From assembly GCA_902826025.1 (NCBI GenBank), contig CADEDH010000020.1:5012-69011 (forward strand): a stretch of DNA of 64,000 nucleotides, written 5' to 3'. Shown here piece by piece: positions 27,866 through 36,905 of the stretch (positions within the stretch are counted from its first letter, which is position 1; every line of letters begins with the position of its first letter). Below the pieces are notes generated by a model. The model was given only the letters and a program-made list of their open reading frames with translations, was not told the origin of the DNA and ran no database searches. This DNA comes from an uncultured Actinomycetes bacterium (lineage in GTDB: Bacteria > Actinomycetota > Acidimicrobiia > Acidimicrobiales > SZUA-35). The translations under genes were made by a program, and so were the position numbers.

Positions 27866-27922
27866 GGCCAAACTTTGTCACCTTGTGCCGCCTCTGGCGG
27901 CATTAAGTGACAAAGTTCGGCC
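27866..27922. terminator. Long AT-rich inverted repeat between convergent genes (putative bidirectional terminator)
   Basis: GGCC-a-AACTTTGTCAC-cttg-TGCCGCC-tct-GGCGGCA-ttaa-GTGACAAAGTT-c-GGCC; 27-nt arms with a few mismatches. Confidence 0.6.
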
Positions 27923-27953
27923 GGTTTGGGGGCCGTTCGGGCCGGGGGCGGGG

Positions 27954-28700
27954 CTACAGCAGAGAGGCGAAGAGGGCTTCGCCGTCGATGGGGTGGCCCT
28001 TCTGGGTGAACCACTGGGCCACGTTGGTCACGTCACGGTGGAGGAAGTTGAGCCCCTGGGGGTTGGCGGCCAGGTCCAGGGCCTGGGGGAAGTCGATGAA
28101 CCACAGCTCCCCCTCCCACCACAGCAGGTTGTAGGCCGACAGGTCACCGTGAACCCAGCCCTCCCCCACCATCAGGGCCAGCCCGGCCTCCAACTGGTGG
28201 GCGGCGTCGGCCAGCTCTCGGGGGCCGAGCTGGGCCCGGGCCAGCTGGGGGGCCGCCCCGTCGGGGTCGCCCACGTACTGGAGGACGAACGTGTCCTCGG
28301 TGTACGACACGGGATAGGGCACCCGCAGCCCGGTCTCCCACAGGGCGGACATCACCCGGTGCTCGTGGCCGGTCCACCGGTCCTGCATCAGGCGGCGGCC
28401 GTAGGCCGACATGCGCTCCACGGCCCGGCGGTCGCGCGTCTTGCGGAACTGGCGGCCCTCCCGGTACTGGACATCGTGACGGAAGGCGGAGGCCCGCTCG
28501 ATACCGAGCGACTCCAGCTCCCCCTTGGCCGACACGGTGCGGGGCACGTAGCGCTTCTGGACCAGCAGGCAGGAGCTGCCGTCGGCGCCGGTGCGGCGGA
28601 TGAGATCGATCTGGGCCTCCTTGCCCGGGCGGAGGAGGCCGAGGGGCTCGTCGAGGAACGGTTCAGGGACCAGCCAGGCCGGCTGGTTGACGGTGGACAT
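27954..28700 (-). CDS. RIO1 family kinase/ATPase
   Basis: RPGKEA, VQKRY, F-R-x-x-x-Y-R-E-G-R, VPYP, HGDLSAYNLL, IDFPQ. Confidence 0.9.
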   Translation of the reverse strand: MSTVNQPAWLVPEPFLDEPLGLLRPGKEAQIDLIRRTGADGSSCLLVQKRYVPRTVSAKGELESLGIERASAFRHDVQYREGRQFRKTRDRRAVERMSAYGRRLMQDRWTGHEHRVMSALWETGLRVPYPVSYTEDTFVLQYVGDPDGAAPQLARAQLGPRELADAAHQLEAGLALMVGEGWVHGDLSAYNLLWWEGELWFIDFPQALDLAANPQGLNFLHRDVTNVAQWFTQKGHPIDGEALFASLL

Positions 28701-28838
28701 GACAGGGTGACTCCGGCGTTCGCTACAGACAACGGGAGCGGCCAAACGGGCCGCGGACCCGGTCGCTCGCCGGCTTCAGGGCAGCGCACCGCTCCAGCTA
28801 CGGGGAACCCGTGCGAGCGGCCAACCGCGAGCCGGCGG

Positions 28839-28892
28839 TCAGGCCCCTTCGGAGGCGCGACCGGGGATGGCCTGGACAACAGCTGCAGTCAT
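28839..28892 (-). CDS. Putative leader peptide MTAAVVQAIPGRASEGA (17 aa) upstream of the RIO1 kinase
   Basis: ATG 28892, TGA 28841-28839, GGAGGT SD 9 nt upstream, in an otherwise unassigned intergenic gap. Confidence 0.4.
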   Translation of the reverse strand: MTAAVVQAIPGRASEGA

Positions 28893-28973
28893 GGAACGCA
28901 CACCTCCCCTTCCCCGGTGACGGGGCTCGATCCGCTCACCCTACGCCCCGTACCCCGCCCGGTCATCTGAATT

Positions 28974-31900
28974 TCAGCCGCCACCCACCAGATCGGCCAC
29001 GGCGGCAACGGCGGCGGGTAGATCGTCGACCTCGCGCTCGACGGCCTCGCCGTCGGTGCGCAGGAACAGGAACCGGCAGCCCGCCACCGGGCGGCCGGTC
29101 ACCTCCTGGAGGGCCAGGGCGTAGGCTGCGCCCTGCCACCGGTGGTGGGCCATCTGACGGTCGATCTCGGCTTCGGGCACCCGGTCGGTCTTGTAGTCAA
29201 CCACCACCAGGCCCCCGTCGTCGGTCTCGTAGCACAGGTCGATGAAGCCCTCGAGCAGGGCGTCGCCCACCGGGGCGGCCACGTACAGCTCGCGCCACAG
29301 CCGGGGGGCGGCCGCCGCCTCGGCGATGGCCGGCGCGGTGAGGGCCGACGCCGCCAGGGTGGCCACCTCCCGGGCGTGGTCGGGCACGCCGGCCTGGGCC
29401 GCCGCCCGGGCCGCCAGCGGAACCAGCTCGGCCGCGGTGGCGGTGAGCGCCGCCTGCTCCAACGTGGCGTGGACGGCGGTGCCGATGGCGGTCGACGCCC
29501 GACGGGCCGCCGGGGCGACCTCGTCGCCGCTCTCGGCCAACTCGTCCACCACCTCCGCCCCGGCCCCCGCCGGGCTTCCATGCGCCATCTGGTGCCCGGG
29601 GGCGTCACCGGTGACGGCGGGGGATACCAGATGGGGAGCCAGCGTCTCGGCCACCCGGGTGGCCGACCAGGTGGCGGCCCGGCGGTTGCCGTCGAGCAAT
29701 CGGTCCTGCTCCTCGGCCCACACCCGGCTGGTCTCGCCCCACGAGCCGGCCGACAACCGGAGCTGGGTGGGGGGCTCCACCCGGTAGCGCTCGTCGCCCC
29801 GGCGCTCGAACGGCCGCCACAGCTCCTCACACCCCTGAATGGCGGCCCAGGTGCGCTGACCGCTGCTCTGCAGCCCCTCCCGGTGATGGGCCGACAGGAC
29901 CAGCAGGTCGCGGGCGCGGGTGGTGGCCACGTAGTGGAGCCGCACCCGCTCGTGGCGATCGAGCACCTCCTCCACCGAGGCGTGCACGTCGAACCCGGCG
30001 GTGGTGCGGTCTTTGCCCACCTTCACCTCGGGCGGCCGTCCCGGGGGGAACAGCACCTGAGGCCCGGCACCCCGGTTGGCGTCCCGCGTCGGGGCCCCGG
30101 CCACCACCACCATGGGGAACTCGAGGCCTTTTGAGCCGTGGATGGTGAGCACCCGTACGGCATCGTCGTCGGGCTCGGCCGGGATGGGTTCGGTGACCCG
30201 GGCCAGGTCGCTCGACTGGACCTCCACCCAGGCCACGAAGTCGAGCAGGTCGCCGCCCCGGGTGGCGGTGAACTCCCGGGCCTGCTCGGCCAGGAACCGG
30301 TAGCGGCGCCACCGGTCTCGGGGCCGGGGCTCGGCCAGGGCCGCCTCCCGCAGGCGCCGCTCCCGCACGATCCGCTCGATCACCGCCGAGGGCTCCATCC
30401 ACCACCGATCGAGGTGCCAGCGGGCCAGTTCGGCCAGGGCGGCGACCACCGGGTGGTCGGCAGGGGCGGCCGGGGGCGGTGGTTGGAGATAGTCGAACGA
30501 GCCCCCGACCAGGTGCCACGACAGCAGCTCGTCGTCACCCAGGGCGAACAGGCCCGAGCGGAGGGCGGCCACCACGTCGATGGCGCTGCCCGGGTCGACC
30601 ACGGCCCGCACCCCGGCCAGCACGTCGCGCACCTCCTGGGTGGCGTAGACGAGGGAGCTGGTCTCGGGCCGGAAGGGGATGTTGGCCGCGCCGAACGCCG
30701 CCTCCAGGGCCGGCAGTGACAGGCGGGAGGGGATGAGCACGGCGATGTCCTGCAACCGAACCGGCCGCCACGAGCCTTCGCGCTCGCACCGCCAGCCCTC
30801 GTCCATGGCCCGGCAGATCACGGCGGCCACGTCGGCCGCCTCCAGCTCCCGGATCTCACCCACCGGGACGGTGCGGGGATGGGGGCCCCCGATCACCAGC
30901 ACCGGTGCCCCCGGCGCCTCGGGGTCGGGGCTGCGGACGGCGCCCAGCGGCGTGTAGCGGGGCTGGGCCCCAGGCTCGCCCTCGCCGATGAGCTGGCCGA
31001 ACAGGGCGTTGACCAGCTCCACCACGCCGGGCACGGACCGGAAGTTGGTGGTGAGCCGCAACGGCTCGCTGACCAGGGCCTCCTCGGCCTCGGCGTAGAC
31101 GGCCATGTCGGCCCGGCGGAACCGGTAGATGGACTGCTTGGGGTCGCCCACCACCACCAGGCGCCCCGGGCTGAGGGTGGCGGCCAGCTCGGGCCAGGCC
31201 TTCGTGCCCACGAGGCCGTCGGCCCCGATGAGCACGGCCAGCTCGATCTGGATGGGATCGGTGTCCTGGAACTCGTCGAGCAGGATCCGGCTGTAGCGCT
31301 GGTGGAGGTCTTCCCGCACCAGGGCGTTGCGCCGCAGGAGCTGGCGGGCCAGCACCAGCAGATCGTGGAAGGCCAGCTCGCCCCGCTGCTGGCGGTCCTC
31401 CACCCGGCCCCGCACGAACCCGGCCACCCGTTCCACCAGCTCGCCGATCACCTCATGGCGCCAGCGGGCCACGTCAGCCGCCACCGACTCCTGGGCCTCG
31501 GCCACCTGGCGTCGCACCTCGTCGACGTCGAGGCGGACCCAGCTGGCCTTGCGCCCAACGTTGCGGCGGGGCCACTTAACCTGGTCGAGCCAGCGGAGCT
31601 GGGTGATGGCGTCTCGTCCGAGGGCGATGGTGGCCTCGTCGGCCAGCGCGGTGAGCCCCACCGCCAGGTGATCGGAGGCGTCGAGGCAGTGCCCGACCAG
31701 CGATCCCAGGGCCACGATCCGCTGTACCACCGGCGCCGGCTCCAGCGGGGACAGACCGGGGGCGGGGGCCAGGTTGTCGAGCAGGTCCCAGTTGTCGTCG
31801 AAGCGGCGGGCCACGTCGGCGAAGTGGCGCAGCTCCACCCCCAGGGCGGCCGCCCGCTCCAGTAGGTCGAGCAGGCTGAGGTCGTCGCCCAGCTGGGCGG

Positions 31901-32345
31901 CGAAGGTTCGCCAGGCGTCCTGGAACTCGAGCAGGGAGCCGATCTCGTCGGCCACGGCGAACCCCGGCGGCAGGCCGGCCTCCACCGGATGATCGGCCAG
32001 GATGCGCAGGGCGAAGCCGTGCAGGGTGGTGAACGCCGCGCTCTCCACCTGGCCGGCGGCGTTGAGCAGCTGCCGGTCGTTGCGGTCGGCCCCTTGGCGC
32101 TCCAGCTCGTCCCGCACCCGGGTGCGCAGCTCCCGGGCCGCCGCCTCGGTGAACGTGATGGCCGCGATCCGGCCGACCGGGGCCCCGTTGGCCACCAGGT
32201 TGACGATCCGCTCCACCAGCGAGCTGGTCTTGCCGCTGCCCGCGCCGGCCTCCACGAACAGGGTGTCGCTGAGCGAGGCCCGCACCCGGCGCCGGGCCTC
32301 GGCATCCTCCAGGGGCACGGCGCCCCGTTCCGAGGTGAGCGTCAC
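28974..32345 (-). CDS. addA: AddA-type UvrD helicase-nuclease
   Basis: AGAGSGKT, AITFT, TTLHGF, LDEFQDT, VGDPKQSIYRFR, TIHGSKGLEF, YVATTRARD, C-terminal GFIDL...VDYKT; GTGA overlap with addB. Confidence 0.88.
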   Translation of the reverse strand: MTLTSERGAVPLEDAEARRRVRASLSDTLFVEAGAGSGKTSSLVERIVNLVANGAPVGRIAAITFTEAAARELRTRVRDELERQGADRNDRQLLNAAGQVESAAFTTLHGFALRILADHPVEAGLPPGFAVADEIGSLLEFQDAWRTFAAQLGDDLSLLDLLERAAALGVELRHFADVARRFDDNWDLLDNLAPAPGLSPLEPAPVVQRIVALGSLVGHCLDASDHLAVGLTALADEATIALGRDAITQLRWLDQVKWPRRNVGRKASWVRLDVDEVRRQVAEAQESVAADVARWRHEVIGELVERVAGFVRGRVEDRQQRGELAFHDLLVLARQLLRRNALVREDLHQRYSRILLDEFQDTDPIQIELAVLIGADGLVGTKAWPELAATLSPGRLVVVGDPKQSIYRFRRADMAVYAEAEEALVSEPLRLTTNFRSVPGVVELVNALFGQLIGEGEPGAQPRYTPLGAVRSPDPEAPGAPVLVIGGPHPRTVPVGEIRELEAADVAAVICRAMDEGWRCEREGSWRPVRLQDIAVLIPSRLSLPALEAAFGAANIPFRPETSSLVYATQEVRDVLAGVRAVVDPGSAIDVVAALRSGLFALGDDELLSWHLVGGSFDYLQPPPPAAPADHPVVAALAELARWHLDRWWMEPSAVIERIVRERRLREAALAEPRPRDRWRRYRFLAEQAREFTATRGGDLLDFVAWVEVQSSDLARVTEPIPAEPDDDAVRVLTIHGSKGLEFPMVVVAGAPTRDANRGAGPQVLFPPGRPPEVKVGKDRTTAGFDVHASVEEVLDRHERVRLHYVATTRARDLLVLSAHHREGLQSSGQRTWAAIQGCEELWRPFERRGDERYRVEPPTQLRLSAGSWGETSRVWAEEQDRLLDGNRRAATWSATRVAETLAPHLVSPAVTGDAPGHQMAHGSPAGAGAEVVDELAESGDEVAPAARRASTAIGTAVHATLEQAALTATAAELVPLAARAAAQAGVPDHAREVATLAASALTAPAIAEAAAAPRLWRELYVAAPVGDALLEGFIDLCYETDDGGLVVVDYKTDRVPEAEIDRQMAHHRWQGAAYALALQEVTGRPVAGCRFLFLRTDGEAVEREVDDLPAAVAAVADLVGGG

Positions 32346-35326
32346 TGCCGGTCTTCTTTCGGTCGCAGCAGGATCTCCACCGGGGCCAGCGCCGGGTCGG
32401 GGCGGACGTTGTCCCACTCCCGTTGGCGGTCGGTGGGGCAGATCTTGTCGAAGTCGCAGTACCGGCAGTGCTCGTAGCTGACCCGGGGCCAGCCGATGGC
32501 GTCCCCCGGTACGCCGGGGAACAAGCCGCCCGAGATCCCGTCGAGGGCCGCCCCCACCATCGTGAGCAGCTCGGTCTCCAGCTCATCCTCCAGCTCGATG
32601 GGCCGCAGGTCGGCCTTGGCGGTGAGCCAGTAGAGCGCCGTGCGGGGGCCGTCGTAACCGAGCTTCTCGGCCACCACCCGGGCGTAGAGCGGGAGCTGGA
32701 GACGGCGGCCGCCCTTCAGCGGGTCGTCTTTGATGCCGTCGAAGGCCCGGCCCGAGCCGCCCTTGTAGTCGATGACGAGGAGCCCGCCGTCTTCGGTGGC
32801 GTCGACCCGGTCGACCCGGCCCCGCAGGCGCAGGGTGCGGCCGTCGGGCAGGGTGAGCACCGTGTGGTCGTCGTCGAAGCCGAAGGCCAGCTCCACATGC
32901 GACGGGGTGGACCGCCGGTCGGCCCGCATGGCGTTGTCGGTGGCCAGGAACTGCTCCATCTCCACCCGCAGGCGCCGCTCCAGGATGATCGTGCTCACCC
33001 GGCCGCCGGTGAGGCCCCGACCCTGCGCCCCGGCCAGCTCTTCCACCAGGACCCCCAGCAGGTGGGCCCGCCGGTCGGCCGACCACGGCTCTCCTGGGGC
33101 CGGCACCTCGCCCGACACGATCGACTCGGCGATGAAGCGCTCCAGCACGGCGTGGGTGAGGTTGCCCCGGTCCAGCGGGGTGATCTCGTCGATCCGCTCG
33201 GGACGCTCGTCGTCGGCCAGGCGCAGCACCCGCTCGAACAGGTAGCGGCGGGGGCAGCCGGCGTAGGTCTCCAGCGCCGTGGCCGACAGCAGCCATTCGG
33301 TGGCGTCGATGGCGCCGGCCGGAACCCGGCCCACGTGGGGATTCAGGTCTCCCCGGCGCCGGTTCAGGTTGCGGGTGAGGTTGCGGGACAGGACGGGATC
33401 GAGGTGGGCCAGCTCGTGGGTGTTGACCGGATCTCCCCCGTCGACGTGGCCGATCAGGTCTCGGAGGCCGGCGTCGGCGGCCGACGCCGGGCGGCCGTGA
33501 TCGACCAGGCCCCGCCGGTGCGACTCGAGCACGTTGCGGGCGGCCACCAGCGGGTTGAGCACCCGGGGCCAGGAGCGGGAGCGGATGCTGCGCATGTCGC
33601 CCCGGGCCGTGAGCAGCAGGGGGGCCTGACGGGTACCGGCCAGCACGGCGGCCACGGCCCGGACGTCGAGCTCGCCCACCGCCTCGGTGGGGGCCAGCAG
33701 GCCCCGGGCCTCGGCCCGCAACCGGTCGGGCAGGAGGGAGTCTTCCCGGGGTGTGCGGGGGAACGACCCCTCGGCCAGGCCCACCACGGCCACCCGCTCG
33801 AAGGCCAGCCCGGCGGCCGAGTTGACCGGGGCCACCAGCAACCCGGTGCCCAGCGGCCGGCCCTGCATCCGGCGCTGATCCAGCTGGGCCGACACCATGG
33901 AGGCGAACCCGGACAGGCCGGGGCGGGGCTGCAGGGGTTCGAGTCGGGTGAGCTGGGTGAGCAGATCCACCACCGCCGCCCGGGCCGTGCGCTCCTCCAC
34001 CGGCCAGGCCCCGGCCCGCTCCGGGGGCAGGTAGCGGTCGAGCAGAGCCCGGGCCCACGCCCCCCACGCCTCCCAGGTGACCGGCTCGGGATGGGGCCAG
34101 AGCCGGTCGCTCAACTCGGCCACGAAGGTGGCCAGGCCCCGGACCAGCCCGGCCTCGGGCTCGGCGGTGTGGGCCGCCATCTCCTCCAGCCGGGGCAACC
34201 AGTGGGCGTGCTCCACGATCCCGGCCCGGCGCGACAGCCGGTCCCAGGCCGGGGCCGGCACCGGCGTGCCCTCGGCGGTGGTGACCGGACCGGAGGCCAG
34301 GAAGGCGGCCACGGCTGTGCGCTCCAACCCGTCGGCGGCCAACGCCAGCAGACGGCCCAGGAGGCGCCCGGCCAGCGACGACGACAGCGGGCGGTGCCCC
34401 GGCCCGCACCACGGCAGCCCGGCCCCCTCCAGGTGCTCGTGGAGGAGGCTGGCGTAGGGGTCGGCGGCGGTGTGGAGCACGGCCATGGCCGTGAGCGGCA
34501 CGCCGAGGGCGGCGTGGGCCACCAGATCACGCACCGCGGCCCGCACCTCGTCTTCGGGGTCGGCCACCTCCAGCACCACGGCCTGATCGGCCGCCCCCGC
34601 CGCCACACCCTCGATCTGGATGCCCCAGGCGGCCAGCCGGTCGAGGTGGCGCCGGTCGACCCCGGGCTCGCCGGTGACGCCCACCACCACCGTGCAGTCG
34701 GTGCGGCGGGCCAGGGCCGCTACCAGGCGGCCCTCGAAGGGCCGGGCCGGCTCGGGCAGGTGGAGCAGGATCGGACCCCGGGCCAGCGGGGGCATCGCCT
34801 CCAGCTCGGCCAGCGCCCGGTGCAGCAGCCGTTGGCGGATCTCGGCCCGGCCGGTGCGCCCGTTGGCCCCCCGGATCACCCGGATGGCGTCGTTGGCCAG
34901 GCCGGAGCCGGCGAGCTGCATCCGCTCCAGCACGTCGTCGTCGAGGCCGTCGAGCTGGCGGTGGAGGACGACCAGGCGCTCCTCGGTGGTGCGGTGGTCG
35001 GCCACCCGCCCGAACAGGCCGGGCTGGGCCGCCAGCTCGCCCCGGATGGCGGCCTGGATCTCCACCGGATCTCCGACGTGGCGGCCGTCGGCGGCCAGGC
35101 CAGGCCCGGCCAGGTCCTCGGCCAGCTGGTCGAGCGTGACCACGGCGACGTTGGCCACCCCACCGGCCCGGCGACCGAGCGCCCGGCGCACCCCCACCGC
35201 CACCAACGCCCCGGAGCACACCACCAGGGCGGGAGCCAGCGGGTCCGCTCCCCGGCGATCAGCCAGGATCCGGCCCAGCGTCTCGACCGCGGCCGAGCCG
35301 AACCCCGTGGTGGTGACGGTAGCCAT
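32342..35326 (-). CDS. addB: AddB-type inactive helicase with PD-(D/E)XK nuclease and Fe-S Cys motif
   Basis: SATALETYAGCPRRY, GRVDRVD, IDYKGG, LQLPLY, CRYCDFDKIC. Confidence 0.85.
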   Translation of the reverse strand: MATVTTTGFGSAAVETLGRILADRRGADPLAPALVVCSGALVAVGVRRALGRRAGGVANVAVVTLDQLAEDLAGPGLAADGRHVGDPVEIQAAIRGELAAQPGLFGRVADHRTTEERLVVLHRQLDGLDDDVLERMQLAGSGLANDAIRVIRGANGRTGRAEIRQRLLHRALAELEAMPPLARGPILLHLPEPARPFEGRLVAALARRTDCTVVVGVTGEPGVDRRHLDRLAAWGIQIEGVAAGAADQAVVLEVADPEDEVRAAVRDLVAHAALGVPLTAMAVLHTAADPYASLLHEHLEGAGLPWCGPGHRPLSSSLAGRLLGRLLALAADGLERTAVAAFLASGPVTTAEGTPVPAPAWDRLSRRAGIVEHAHWLPRLEEMAAHTAEPEAGLVRGLATFVAELSDRLWPHPEPVTWEAWGAWARALLDRYLPPERAGAWPVEERTARAAVVDLLTQLTRLEPLQPRPGLSGFASMVSAQLDQRRMQGRPLGTGLLVAPVNSAAGLAFERVAVVGLAEGSFPRTPREDSLLPDRLRAEARGLLAPTEAVGELDVRAVAAVLAGTRQAPLLLTARGDMRSIRSRSWPRVLNPLVAARNVLESHRRGLVDHGRPASAADAGLRDLIGHVDGGDPVNTHELAHLDPVLSRNLTRNLNRRRGDLNPHVGRVPAGAIDATEWLLSATALETYAGCPRRYLFERVLRLADDERPERIDEITPLDRGNLTHAVLERFIAESIVSGEVPAPGEPWSADRRAHLLGVLVEELAGAQGRGLTGGRVSTIILERRLRVEMEQFLATDNAMRADRRSTPSHVELAFGFDDDHTVLTLPDGRTLRLRGRVDRVDATEDGGLLVIDYKGGSGRAFDGIKDDPLKGGRRLQLPLYARVVAEKLGYDGPRTALYWLTAKADLRPIELEDELETELLTMVGAALDGISGGLFPGVPGDAIGWPRVSYEHCRYCDFDKICPTDRQREWDNVRPDPALAPVEILLRPKEDRQ

Positions 35327-35335
35327 CGCCCGTTC

Positions 35336-35364
35336 AGGCTACGGCGCCCCTGTGACAGTCACAG
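35336..35364 (-). promoter_or_regulatory. addBA promoter with GTGACTGTCACA element (TGTCAC-N10-TAGCCT)
   Basis: Perfect palindrome CTGTGAC-W-GTCACAG at 35350-35364; -10 TAGCCT 35341-35336; ATG 35326. Confidence 0.65.
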
Positions 35365-35391
35365 TCACTGGGGCTCTTCACCCCCAGGGGC

Positions 35392-36738
35392 TCACTCCCA
35401 CAAACGGTCGACGACGTCGAGCCAGAGCTGGACGGTGAGGCGGAGCGACTCGATGTCGATGCGCTCGTCGTGGCCGTGGAAGCGGCGGAAGAACTCCTGG
35501 GTGTCGATGTCGGCGCTGAGCAGCCCGGCCCCGTAGGCCACAGCGCCCTTCTTACGGAAGAAGCGGGCGTCGGTGCCACCGGTGACGATGCTGGGCACGA
35601 TCTTGGCCTGGGGGTAGGCGGCCCGCATGGAGCCGGCCAGGGCGTCCCACAACCGGTTGTCGGTGGGCGAAGCGGTGGACGGATCCTCGTGGATGACCTC
35701 CAGCTCCACCCGGTCGAACAGCTCGCCGAGGGCGTTGCGCAGGTGCTGATTCACGTCGTCGCGGGTCTCGCCGGGCAGGGTGCGGATATCGACGTCGATG
35801 GCCACCTTGTCGGGGATCACGTTGGTCTTGACCCCGCCGTGCACCACGTTGGGGCTGAACGTGGTGTGGCTGCAGGCGTGGGCGTTCGCCGCCAGCTGGG
35901 GCGGCAGCTCGTGCAGGGCGTCGCGCAGGCGGCCCGGATCGAGCAGCTTGGCCGTGAGATCGTCGGGTAGGCCCATGGCCGCCACCCGGGCCGCCCACAG
36001 CTCGTCGAGCTGGGGGGCCGGGGCGTAGGCGCTGATCCGGCGCACCACCTCGGCCGCCGTGACCAGGGCGTTGTCGCTGCCCCAGGGCATCGAGCCGTGG
36101 CCCGGCGTCCCCTTGACCGTGAGGCGCCGCCAACCGATCCCCTTCTCGGCCGTGGTCACCAGGATGCTCGACCCCTTCGGGCTGTGGAGCGGGATGCCCC
36201 CGAACTCGGTGAGCACGTAGTCACACCTCAGCTCGTCCCAGTTGCTCGCCACCAGGGACTCGGCCCCCCACCGGCCGCCGGCCTCCTCGTCGGCCACGGC
36301 GAAGTAGACGACGTCGCCCGGCAGGCGGCGCCCGGTGGCCACCAGGTGGCGAAACACCGTGGTCATGGAGGCGGTGAGGTTCAACATGTCCACCGCCCCC
36401 CGACCCCAGATCTCGCCGTCGATCAGCTCCCCGCCGAACGGGTCGTGGGTCCAGCCGTCGGGCGACACCGGCACCACGTCGGTGTGGCCCATCAGGCACA
36501 GGGCCGGAGCGTCGGGGTCGGTGCCGGGCCAGCGGGCGATCAGCGAGCTGCGACCGGGCAGGATGTCGAACATCTGGAGGTCGACCCCGGTCCCCTCCAG
36601 CTCGTCGCGCAGGAGGCGGGCGCTGCGCTCCTCCTGGCCCGATTCCCGGGTGCCGTCGTTCACGCACTGGTTGCGGATGAGCGCCTGCAGCAGCTCCACC
36701 GTCTCGTTGGTCAGGGTGTCGGTGACGTCTCGGGCCAT
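35392..36738 (-). CDS. M20/M25/M40 family metallo-hydrolase
   Basis: GHTDVVP, WGRGAVDM, ADEE, GHGS, NVIP, GGTDARF, HGHDE. Confidence 0.9.
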   Translation of the reverse strand: MARDVTDTLTNETVELLQALIRNQCVNDGTRESGQEERSARLLRDELEGTGVDLQMFDILPGRSSLIARWPGTDPDAPALCLMGHTDVVPVSPDGWTHDPFGGELIDGEIWGRGAVDMLNLTASMTTVFRHLVATGRRLPGDVVYFAVADEEAGGRWGAESLVASNWDELRCDYVLTEFGGIPLHSPKGSSILVTTAEKGIGWRRLTVKGTPGHGSMPWGSDNALVTAAEVVRRISAYAPAPQLDELWAARVAAMGLPDDLTAKLLDPGRLRDALHELPPQLAANAHACSHTTFSPNVVHGGVKTNVIPDKVAIDVDIRTLPGETRDDVNQHLRNALGELFDRVELEVIHEDPSTASPTDNRLWDALAGSMRAAYPQAKIVPSIVTGGTDARFFRKKGAVAYGAGLLSADIDTQEFFRRFHGHDERIDIESLRLTVQLWLDVVDRLWE

Positions 36739-36905
36739 GGCCGCCATCCTCGCACCGGTGGGAGGCCGTAGCCAGTGTCGGGCGCAGTGACTCTTCCCGG
36801 GCGACCGGGCGCCAGGATCGCCCCACCAGCCAGTACGGTGATGCCCGGACGGGCGGTCCGGTCCCGGGCGGGCGGACGACGAGGTCGCCCCTCATCTCCC
36901 CAAGC

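Noticed and set aside
28701-28892. Leader ATG 28892 is in frame with rio1, so stop readthrough or selenocysteine was considered
   Set aside because: Two in-frame TGA codons (28841-39 and 28778-76) intervene and the intervening translation is not kinase-like.
32423-35536. 1037-aa plus-strand ORF, and similar long antisense/alternate-frame ORFs (e.g. 17487-19907, 39272-41332, 43672-45291, 46347-48497, 52864-55134)
   Set aside because: They mirror well-supported genes on the other strand or frame; stop-poor shadows are expected at this GC content and the translations have no recognisable motifs.
36777-36800. TGTCGG hexamer (PafBC-like) upstream of the lipoprotein gene
   Set aside because: No TANNNT at the required N10 spacing.
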